A stretch of DNA of 63,766 nucleotides, filler included, from Ministeria vibrans ATCC 50519 (lineage: Eukaryota; Protista; Filasterea), in the NCBI GenBank assembly GCA_943704425.1. It is 8 parts of 8 records of this genome, joined end to end, with 100 filler letters (N's around TTAATTAATTAA, not from the genome) between each part and the next. Parts side by side here need not be neighbours in the genome. Positions count along the whole stretch, not along the records: positions 51,726 to 56,030 come from CALSCP010001343.1; positions 56,131 to 60,097 come from CALSCP010001112.1; positions 60,198 to 61,866 come from CALSCP010001911.1; positions 61,967 to 63,766 come from CALSCP010000470.1; 4 more parts are not named here. One strand, written 5' to 3'. The notes under the pieces were generated by a model. It made no database searches, was not told the origin of the DNA, and was given only the letters and a program-made list of their open reading frames with translations. Positions 53,563 to 63,766 of the stretch are shown here, one piece after another. Numbering within the stretch: the stretch's first letter is position 1; each line of letters begins with the position of its first letter. The translations under genes were made by a program, and so were the position numbers.

Positions 53563-53803
53563 TCCGCACTCTTGCTCTTAACCCTACCCATCCTCGTACA
53601 TTACTTCTCCCCCTTTCCTCTGTTTCTCTTTTCTATTTCTTCTTTTCTTTTTGCTTCTTTCTATTTTCTCCTTTGGCTCTTTAGATCTTTTTCATAATTC
53701 CCATAATGAAAAAGAAAAATTATAAATTAATAAAAGATAATATAGACGTCGTCGTGAGGTTTCAGTTTACTTTTTTTGCCTTCATGTGACAGAAAAGTGA
53801 GAC

Positions 53804-55977
53804 TCAGACGAGGGGCGAGCCCGAAAGGCGTGCGTACTGGGCCTGTGCCTCAGCAACACTCTGTACCTTCTTCCAGTTGAGCACCACTGGCTTGGGCAGA
53901 CCGGGAAGAGACAGCTGTGCAAAAAAAGGGCGAGAGAGATAGAGAGTGTGAGTGGACAAACACCCATGGTACATTTGAAGGGAGTACATGGAAGAAATCG
54001 ACAAAATTGCGCAGAAGACCGTGTGAGAAGGGCGAAACAATTGCGCCCTTGGCAGATTTGATCATGTAGCTACGAAGGAGAAGGAAAAGGATGAAGAGTA
54101 TGCAGCAAGGAAGAGTGGCTCGAGGGAAAAGTGTTACCTGTAGCGCCATTTGTTGTAGTACTCGTTGGTGGTAAAGCCAGTGAGCAACTGCAAAAGAAGG
54201 AAAAAAAAAAGGAAAACGAAATTAGAAAAAGAAATTATAAAAAGGGCGTGGGCTAGGTTGTGCAGGGAGGGGGGGATAGGATTACGAGATAGAGCTGCTG
54301 AACCAGGAGACCGCCGACCCAGAGGGTGTGGAAGCAGGTGTAGTACATCATGAAGTTGACAAAGGGGAACTGGTTGCCGTAGGCGTAGAGACGCGAGCCG
54401 AGTGACGGAGCGGCCGGAAGCGCAGCCAAGTCAAGATGAGCACCCATCCAGCGATTGCACATGACGATGAAGACAATAGCAATGGTGACGAAGAGCGCCG
54501 AGAAGGTGACGAAGAAGCGGTGGTTGGTTTCGCCGACGCAGTTGTTGACAAAGGGGCAGTGGTGGTCCATTTTGGAGACACACCGATCGCACATGCGACA
54601 GTGTTTGCTGCGCAGCGGCTTGACAAGCACACAAGAGGTGCAGAGGCGCTGATGAATGGCCTCGCCCGACTCAATGAGGTGCGTGATGTCGGCTTGACGG
54701 GTGGTGAGGGGCGTCGACGTAAGAAAGCCGGGGTCGGTAAAGATGGAGCGATGGAAGAAGTAAATGAGGGGCACAAGAAGGACCACAAAAAGCAGTGCTA
54801 GCGTGGTGGGTGGCGAGGCGGGCAACAGCAACGTAAAGAAGGTTACAACCACCCAAAACTTGCTGGCAGTGTACACACCAAAAGAAGCGATGTTGGCACC
54901 GGTCTGGCGCAGCAGCAGACGCGACACAGTGTAGACAAAGAGCGCTACGAGAGCAATGGCCAAAAGTAGACCCACTGCCCACGAGTAGGCGACAAAGCCC
55001 ATTCCAATGGCCGGAATGAACACAAACGGAAGGATGAATTGCGCACGTTTGCGGAAGAGCTGGTCACTCAGCAACCCGCGCACTCGCTCCCCCACCGTCT
55101 TGGGCGACTCTCGCATCTGTCGCTCTCGCAGGTACCTACTCACAGAGATGACAAAAAAAAAACACATTAGCGAAATTGAGAATGCGATCGAAAAAGAAAG
55201 AAAGAAGCAAAGTGATGGAGAGGAAGAAATAAAAAGATAGAATGGAGAAAAAAGAGCGGGGTAAAGAAAAGAAACAGAAGGACAAAAAAAACCACCCCCA
55301 AGGCAATAGAGAAAACCAAAATATATTGAGAGTGTACGTGTACGTACGTGTGGAGTCCTTTGTCAAGCTTGAGGGCAATCTGGAGGGGCGACTCGCCTTT
55401 GCTGTTGATGGCGTGCATGTCGGCATGGTGCTGCTCGACGAGCACGCGCGCAGAGCTCATGTTGGTCATGCGACACGCCCAGTGCAGTGCAGTATTTCCT
55501 AAGGCAAATAGACACGTGAGTTGCAACCACACCAACAGCAAGCAATACAATGTCTCACCGGCTCCATCTGCCATGTTTGCTGACGCTCTCATGCCCAGCA
55601 GAAGACGCGTGACTTCGTGAAAGTGTTTGGCGACGGACCACATGAGTGGAGAGCGCCCCTCGAGGTCGGTGACGTCGGCAGAGACGCCGCGCGACAGCAG
55701 ATAGGCGACGATGAGTGGGTGGTTGAATTGCACGGCGAGAGTCAGTGCATTGAAGCCTACCATGTCCAATGAGGGCGATCAAAACACATCATAAACACAC
55801 GTTCAGCCAAGGTAGATAATCAAGGTGGGAAAGAGACGAACCTTGAGTGTCGCGCAGCAGTGGATTTGCCGAGTGCTGTACGAGACAAACGACCGTCTCC
55901 AGCGCGCCTTGTCTTGCGGCCCACAGCAGCGGTGTTGCCTTGAGTTCGCCCCCAACCGCATCCACAACAGCACCCAT
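53804..55977 (-). CDS. Ankyrin-repeat DHHC palmitoyltransferase (ZDHHC13/17, Akr1/HIP14 family), 5' truncated
   Basis: Ankyrin repeats (GGELKATPLLWAARQG, GRSPLMWS, GNTALHWA); TDPG; CTSCVLVKPLRSKHCRMCDRCVSKMDHHCPFVNNCVGETNHRFF; SPFSHGLLRNFVDFF. Confidence 0.93.
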
Positions 55978-56344
55978 AGAGACAAGAAACCTAGACAGTA
56001 CGAAGGAAGCGCGCGCGCGGGGGGGGGGGGNNNNNNNNNNNNNNNNNNNNNNNNNNNNNNNNNNNNNNNNNNNNTTAATTAATTAANNNNNNNNNNNNNN
56101 NNNNNNNNNNNNNNNNNNNNNNNNNNNNNNCAAAATATCCTTCATATTCCAAATATTGCCCGTTTTTTTCATCTTTCATCCCCTCCCAACACCCCATCGA
56201 TTGCTCCTGACGAGTTTGACATTTCAGATGGAGCGCATGTCGTCGCTATCCAGTGAGGCAATCGCAATGGTACGCCATACCCCCAGTGGGGGCTTAGGGC
56301 TCTGACACCAAAAGGTGTCTGTCGGCAAGGAGTGTGAAGTCGAA

Positions 56345-56544
56345 GGGTTACCTAACCCTAACCCTAACACAACCCTAACCCTAACCCTTTTTAATTTTTA
56401 GAGAATTCATCACTTTCACAATCTTCGGGAGGTCGCCAACCCACTCCCGTGATTGCTCTCCTGTGCGGACTTCCTGCGCTAACTGACGTTTATGAATGGC
56501 CTCACCGATGGTCTTAGGGTTAGGGTTAGGGTTAGGGTTAACCC
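56345..56544. repeat. Inverted pair of telomeric arrays, (CCCTAA)n ... (TTAGGG)n, around a ~125-nt core
   Basis: CCTAACCCTAAC... at 56351-56387 and TTAGGG x4 plus TTAACCC at 56514-56544. Confidence 0.85.
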
Positions 56545-57381
56545 CCCCAGGGACATATAATAATTGGTTGATCTTGCAATCAGAAAATTCACTTTCAAGT
56601 TTGAAGTTTCAATTCACTTTTTTTCTCTACAATTCAAAGTAAGTTACTGTTTCCATCACCACGGGGTGCAGGGGTTGTGTACGCGTGTGTTGGGATGCGA
56701 AATGGGGCGCTGTATGCGTTTTTGCCGGGAGCGCATGACCGCAAATTTAATGCCAGCGCATGCTACCGCCTGCAGTGGCGCGTTAGTGGTGTATGGTTGG
56801 TGTGTGATACTAATGGTGCAAACGGCGGGATGACGGAGAACGGGGATTTTTCGCGGTGGGCATTCTCGCTTATTTTTTTCATTTTTTGCTCACAACTTTT
56901 TGATATTTTTCATCGGCGCATGCCATCACCTACCGTGTCGCACAAATGATGTATACGTGGTGTGTGATGCCACCGGTGTGCAGGGCGTGATGCCAGGGCG
57001 CGGGGATTTTGCGTGGCGGGCATTCTCGCTTATTTTGCTCACTCCCGAAACGCGGGCATTCACACTATCCGTATGACGGTATCAGTGGTTGGGGGACGTA
57101 AGTGGGTGGTCAGTTGCATGCCTTGTCGATTTTGGGAGGTTTTGTTGTATAGTTCGTCAGAAGCAACAGTTTAGTGTTCTATCGGGGTTACGTGTGTGCG
57201 TCAGTGGGCGTTGGTGAATGGTGACGGGTACCATGCGGCCATGCGGGGTATACACCTTGTACTGTGACACCCTCCCAGCAAAGCGCAGGTTCCCAGCAGG
57301 CACCAGTTTTTGTGTTAGTTTACCGCATAATGATATGATATGACCTTGTAGATAACGTGCCTTTGAGAGTTCCGTGAGAGC

Positions 57382-58566
57382 ATGCTGCGAAAGAAACGAA
57401 AACCAGGACGAAGTAAGAATACACAAGCTGCTTCGTCGGCAGAGTCGTCGTCGGCGGCGGCCGAGGCCGAGGCCTTGTCGGCGATCGTCAACGAAAACAG
57501 TCACGCAAGCGAGAGTGAGAGTGCTTTTGTTGCTGATGCAGTGGAGAACAGGCCCGAGGCTGCCACTACAAACAAAATAAGAAGGAAAGGAAAGGGTCCG
57601 CGCGCATTGCAACGCCCTATGGCCACCGATGAGGAAATCCAGGCCCTCGCGGTCCGCATCTCTGAAGTTTGTGCTGCTGGGGCCTCGAACGTTGCTAGGC
57701 TTGAACACGCCCTGAGCCCACATAATCTGTCCATCACCGTCAAGTCCAATCCTAAAGAGATTAAAAAAGCCGCACTTCTCGCCCAGGACACGTCTTTAAA
57801 GAGGGGCGTCTACATGTTCAAGTGGCCATGCGATTTCGAAGAACAAATGGATAACGACGAAACTGTTACGTTCTACCTATGCAAGGTGTGAGACTCGTTA
57901 ATATGGTGTATTCGCTAATATTTTACGCAAATTACAGGTGGGCAAGGCACAGCGGCGCTATAACAAAAAACAATGGTGGGAGACGAAGACCTGCATTGAA
58001 TACTTCCGGGATCGCTACACTAGTGATATTATTGGCAAGCAGTTTACACGGAAACCCAGCCTTCCCACGAAAAGTTCTATGAAAATGCAGCGCTGGACAG
58101 CGAAGGTACGGAGTTTCCGCAAGGCCTGACAAGTGCATGTTGTCTTATAATCTGTGCTTCACAGGACCTGCGCGACTCGATTGCGTCGGAAACGGACTAC
58201 GAGGACCTCATGTGTTTCTGCGATGGCTATGATAGCACATCGGATGTGGAGAGTCAATTGCTTCGCGTTCTACAAGATATGGATTATGCATCTCACCAGA
58301 AAATCGGGAAGGAGATGGTGGAGAAAGGGACTCATCAAACTGGGGCCCTTGCGGAGTGGAGAATCATCGCACTCCCGGCGTTCAATGCCCTGAGAGCACG
58401 ATTTCTCGACAAAAGCAAGGATCCGGTGCGCGTGGATGAGGTGATTAAAATTTTGACGGAGAAGAACATGCCTTGCAAGGCTGGCCAGAAGATGGTGGCT
58501 CTGTTTGCCAACCCCGAGGGCGAAGTTGAGCGTAACTACGATATTAACGTACTAGAGTACATTTAA
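57382..58566 (+). CDS. T5orf172/MUG113-type GIY-YIG-superfamily protein (3 exons: 57382-~57885, 57938-~58105, ~58165-58566)
   Basis: GT-AG introns join the three ORFs in frame, giving GVYMFKW...FYLCK-VGKAQRR...DVESQLLRVL...AEWRII, the GxxY / KxG..R / E / EW order of T5orf172 domains; basic N-terminus. Confidence 0.5.
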
Positions 58567-59308
58567 AGATCCTAACTTCATCCTCACATTAGATTCTAGT
58601 GTTCTGTGAACTCGTAGTATAAGAATGTTGTTTCCCAACTATCAGACGCCGAAAGCATAACAATATGTTGTCCCCGTGTGAGTGTGCATGCCCGATGTTC
58701 AATAATGGAGTTGGAACGGTAGCTTCGGTCGTTAACTCCTGCCGTTTATTCGCCTCCTTTTGTCGGTGGTTCTCGTGGACTGGTTTTTAAACAACAATTT
58801 TTTAATGGAAAAAACCCTGATTTCTACAGAGTTTTCAAAATTGCTATCCAGATTAACCAAATAACCATAGCTCTCTTGGTATACTTTTTTTTGCACTTCT
58901 TAAGAGTACAATTTGGTTAGTTAATAGTTAGAGGTAAACGGCGGATCCTGTTATTTGATGATTTCCGCTTGCTGATCTTTTTCTATGAGATATCATATCC
59001 CAAGGCTCTGGGATATGAGATATCATTTAGATCGAAGATCTCATGGTACGGGCTCCATGAGATATTAGATCGACCTATAACTTATCTCTAGTTTGGGGCT
59101 CAGGCTTGGAACCAGTGTGATCCAAATTATTCAAGCCTGGTTCAAAAAATAAAACTCAGTGTAGGGAAATCAGCAGAATGCAAGATATAGAATCTTCCAT
59201 AAGATTCTAGATCGATACTCTTTATGTGGAGCAGGGAATAACTAAAATAATCGAGCTTCAGCGAAGATTGTTAACAGTTATTCACAAAAGCAACCACCAC
59301 ACCACACA

Positions 59309-59700
59309 CATAGAGCCGGGAGTGGAGATTGGGCCGGGAGGCGAGATAAGGCCGGACTCAAACAGAGAGCCGCGCAGTGGGAATTATCTGTTGAGGAGGG
59401 AAGGCAAGATCGGGCGGGGAGGGCAGATAGAGCCGGGATACGAGAAAGGGCCGGGAGGCGAGAAAAGGCCGGGCTCAAGCAGAGAACCGAGCAGTAGGAC
59501 TTCTCTGTTGAGGAGGGAAGGGGAGATAGGGCCGTGAGGCAAAGTAGGGCCATGTGGCGAAATAGGGCCGGGCTCAAACGAATCAAATAGAGACCTGAGC
59601 GGTGGGACTTCTTCGTTGAGGAGGGGAGGCAAGATAGGTCCGGGAGGAGAGATAGAGCCGGGAGACGAGATAGGGCCGGGAGGCGAGACAGATAGGGCAC
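59309..59700. repeat. G-rich higher-order minisatellite (18-nt GAGATAGGGCCGGGAGGC-like units nested in ~110-117-nt units, x3)
   Basis: GTTGAGGAGGG recurs at ~59390, ~59507 and ~59616, with 18-mers in between. Confidence 0.85.
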
Positions 59701-60269
59701 CTCCCCAACGCATTGCCTGACTACTCTCCTGTTAAACCCTGTCGTTTCACTCAGATTTTCTGCTCACACAACTTTCTCCACCGCGCGTTGGATTATCACT
59801 GGTCTTCGTGCTATCTTGCTGTTGACTCGGTTCTCGCCAGGTTCGCCCAGATTCGCCCAGGTTCGCCCATTTGTGGGAAGCCACCACTCATCGCTAAGGA
59901 TACTCATTTTCGGGAAATAAGGGTCGGCCTAAATGCCCTCTTTAAAAGTTTCAATCCGTGACGTCATCATTTCTTGGAGCTGAGTTGGATGCCCAGAAAA
60001 TCGCGCAGAAAAAAAAATCCCCCCCCCCTCTTTCTCTCTCTCTCTCCAATCCTCAAATTTGATTCTCCACAGAAGAGTCAACAAAAAAAATCCCCCCNNN
60101 NNNNNNNNNNNNNNNNNNNNNNNNNNNNNNNNNNNNNNNNNTTAATTAATTAANNNNNNNNNNNNNNNNNNNNNNNNNNNNNNNNNNNNNNNNNNNNAGA
60201 GAGAGAGAGAGAGAGAGAGAGAAAGTGATGGAGAGAGAGAATCAAAGTGATAGAGAGTGAGAAACAAAG

Positions 60270-60359
<90 letters not shown>

Positions 60360-60692
60360 TGATAGAGAGGAGGGAGGGAGAAACAAAGTGATAGAGAGAA
60401 AGAACAAATAGAGAGAGAACTGAAAAGTTGTATACACAAAAGTCGTTTCTAATCACTCGTTTGCGGGAGGAGAAATATTTTCCGTGTATGTACTGTGGTC
60501 GTGTGTATGTTAGTGTGTTTTAGTGAAGGCTTTTCTCATGGACAGGCAAAGCAAGCACAGCAGCAAGGTCAGAACTGAGATTGAAGTCAGACTGGACATA
60601 GGGCAGAGTGGGCGCAACACTCAGACGATGAGTGCCATGCGCAGTCACCTGAAACGCAAGCATACACACGTAGAGTCAGTGAAGAGTCAGAA

Positions 60693-61755
60693 TTAATCGT
60701 CCGACATGTAGAAAGAAGAATGACCATGATGACGTCGTATATGAGAAGATGTACGTACGAGAACAGTGAGCTTTGAAACAGCCACCACCACATCCTTGGC
60801 CTCGTACTGGACAGGACTGGGCACCAGCAGCCCATGACCAATGAGCTCTGTCAGTGCCAGTCCCACCTGTCCAATCGAGGACGTCAGCTGCGACAGCGCA
60901 AAGGGAAAGACGGGAAACCGCTCGCGGATCTCATTGAAGACGGTCCGTGCCGCCTGCAGACGCAGCGGGTACTGCACGTGCACGTCTCGTCGGTACACGT
61001 GTGGGCGTGCGTCCGATGTACGTGCAATGGGTTCGCCCTGGTCCCGTGAGCTCATCACAATGTCAATGTTCCTATGAGAAAGAGAGAGAGAGAGAGTCAC
61101 TGTTGTGTAAGTTTGGCTTTCTTGATAGATTTTCATGCTTACCAAACATCTCCAACCTGTACTTGGCAGTCGGGAATGGTGTTTTCCGGGTCGCGTTTGC
61201 TGGGAATCACAGAGTTTCCCTCCACAAGATACCTCCGCATTGAGTGCGAGCCAATCTCTTTGATGGGAGTACAGTGAAACTAGAGACACACGAAAAGAAT
61301 GAATTGAAATTTATTCATCGTCACTCACTGCTTTTTTTTTTACCTGTGTGGCAACTGATTCGATCATACGGGTGATTTCCGACGAGGATCTTCCGGGCTC
61401 GAGCATCCGCAGACAGAGTTCGGCGGCGAGATGGGCCGCGCAGATTGCATCTGCCTTGGGACCAACTGTGGGCTCAAGTGGATTCGCTGACGGTACCACC
61501 GCAGTGTATCCCTACAAAACAAAATGAGGGTTCAGTTACATTACTCTCCCAAATCATGACATATACCTGTGAGTTGATGTATCCATCAATGTGAACGCCC
61601 AGTTCGATCTTCACAACATCTCCCGCCGCCAAAACCTGCTGTCCTTCTTCTGTGTCGTCTTCGCGCGGCGAGCACGCCCCAATGCAGTTGTTGACGCTCA
61701 GCGTCACGGGAATCGCAAGTCCCTTCTCTGTCACAGCATGAAACACACCGGCCAC
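60693..61755 (-). CDS. PA2G4/EBP1- or Arx1-like non-catalytic M24 (pita-bread fold) protein, divergent, 5' truncated; 3' end uncertain
   Basis: KGLAIPVTLSVNNCI, GDVVKIELGVHIDGYI, GPKADAICAAHLAAELCLRML, YPLRLQAARTVFNEIRERFPVFPF, LTELIGHGLLVP. Confidence 0.85.
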
Positions 61756-61758
61756 CTT

Positions 61759-61866
<108 letters not shown>

Positions 61867-61966
61867 NNNNNNNNNNNNNNNNNNNNNNNNNNNNNNNNNN
61901 NNNNNNNNNNTTAATTAATTAANNNNNNNNNNNNNNNNNNNNNNNNNNNNNNNNNNNNNNNNNNNN

Positions 61967-62066
<100 letters not shown>

Positions 62067-62069
62067 AGT

Positions 62070-63766
62070 GCACCATGGCCATTGTTGGGCTTGTCGTGAG
62101 CATCGTTGGCTCGGTGAGTCTGGTCAACAGCTACCTGGACTTCGACACGCAGACCTCGGTGGAGTTCATTGATCGTGCGGCGGTGCTCTTTCCGTCCATC
62201 ACCATCTGTCCGCTCTCGTGGAACGCAACCAAGGTCGCCCAGATCGACAGCTTGCAGTTTCTCCTCAATCGGACGGGAGTCGACATCCGCATCAGTGACT
62301 TTGCCAACCTCACTCAGTCACAACTGGACACCATTTCGTTCAGTCAGCGCGAGACACTCATCTCCTGCCTCTTTGAAGGAACCCCCTGCACTCGCGAAAG
62401 CGACCTCCAACGCAAATACTACGGTCCAATCTACGGCTACTGCTACACTGTCAATCCCAACGGAACATTTGTCGGTGCGTTGAAAGACGAATAGCACACA
62501 ATAGTAGAAATTAATGTCGTGTTCTCTTGTAGACGCTGGATTTGGCTCACTGTTACGCGGAATGCAACTGATCCTCAACACCAACCAAGATGCATATCTA
62601 CCGTACATCAGGACAGCCGGTTTTCGCATTGCCATCCACGACCCAAACACACTCCCTGACTTTCAAGAGGTACTCAAAATGATATCCTAATCCTAACCCT
62701 AACCCTAACCCTAACCCTAATCCTAATCCTAATACTGAAGGACTTCATCATCGGCGCCGCCACCAGTACCACCGTCTCTCTCTCTCCTGTCCTTATTTCC
62801 AGCCCTCCACATCCCTATCGCGAGTGTCAGCCGATCGAAACCGCAAAACCATCTCCGTCAGAGTATGAACTCGTTCGTTCAAACTGCGCAAGAGTAATAA
62901 TTATGATTATTAATTTTGAGAATCATTACAGTACACAACCAATTTGTACTGATACACCCGTAGGAATGCAACCGAGACAAACTCATGGAGCGATGTGGGT
63001 GTCTCCCGTTAGGTCTGTTAGTGTATTTCCCTCTTCTTCCGTCGTGTCTGACTGCCACTCAGAATGGTATGAATGACTGTTAAAGAGTGGATCGGATTGT
63101 GTGAGAGAGACTGAGTGTGTTTGAACAATTGATTGAGCGCGAAAAGCTCATACTTTGAATGAGGTGGGAGAAGTTGTGTGAATGAGGGGAGAGAAGTTTT
63201 TGTTTTTTAACTCACTTTGCTGTTCAAATATTGATAAGAACAGAAAGACACACACACACAAACTGTTATCCCTGCTTCTTTCACTCACTGACTCTCAAAC
63301 TGTTGACTTCATTAGATTGCCTGAATTCCTATTCAGCCGAATTAGTCGATTTGGGGCCCAATTTTCTGACAACCTTTTGCAAATGTTCATTGTCGCTCTG
63401 CACCATCACTCGTTACGTCAAAACGTTCAATTCGGTTCCGTTTCCACGTTTGGAATATGCTAAAGCGTTTGGCCCAATCACCGGAATTGACCCAGTAAGT
63501 GGTATAAGATGATCAAGAGACCCACTGATACGGGCGGAATTGGGTGGGGTTGGTCTATAGAATGTGATTGTGCGGGATTTCAGTGAGTTGAGTGTGACGT
63601 TTGAATCGTATTCTACGACCGCATTTATTGCGTCGCCTGCAACCACACTCACTCAGACGGTGTCTGACATTGGTGGTCTGATTGGACTGTTTTTGGGAGC
63701 GACTTTGTTGACTCTGTTTGAGTTGGTGGAGCTCGCTTTGCTCGTTGTGCCCAGACGATGGAGAAA
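62070..63766 (+). CDS. DEG/ENaC/ASIC-superfamily channel, truncated at both ends
   Basis: TM1 then YLDFDTQTSV, FPSITICP, LISCLFEG, YGYCYTVN, GFRIAIHDP, Cys-rich thumb (ERCGC), TM2 SDIGGLIGLFLGATLLTLFELVEL. Confidence 0.93.

Overview
Gene-dense, intron-rich eukaryotic genomic DNA. It has short GT-AG introns, (CT)n/(TAA)n microsatellites and TTAGGG repeats. The gene set (Csk-type tyrosine kinase, FERM-PTP, PDZ, EGF-TM protein, Kelch-ectodomain TKL receptor kinase, ciliary MORN3) points to a flagellated unicellular holozoan such as a choanoflagellate or filasterean; this is inference, not proof. The window is a concatenation of 8 pieces joined by an artificial 100-nt N..TTAATTAATTAA..N linker, so gene order only holds within pieces. 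About 28 protein-coding genes or fragments were reconstructed by hand. Family calls come from remembered motifs and sequences; no database search was run, and exon edges may be off by a base or two. Top finding: two large TM + coiled-coil genes (3680-7912 minus, 8208-12041 plus) look like EVC2 and EVC (Ellis-van Creveld ciliary Hedgehog-transducing complex). They sit head-to-head as in animals, only 295 bp apart, with an RFX X-box-like motif in the shared promoter. A perfect X-box palindrome also lies at the 5' end of MORN3. Other notable items: a DEG/ENaC channel with a GAT filter variant, a non-RD Kelch receptor kinase with a very large activation-loop insert, a telomere-repeat-rich contig carrying a T5orf172/GIY-YIG-like gene, (CCCTAA)n arrays at intron branch-point positions, a GC-AG intron in UPRT, and two small dispersed repeat families.
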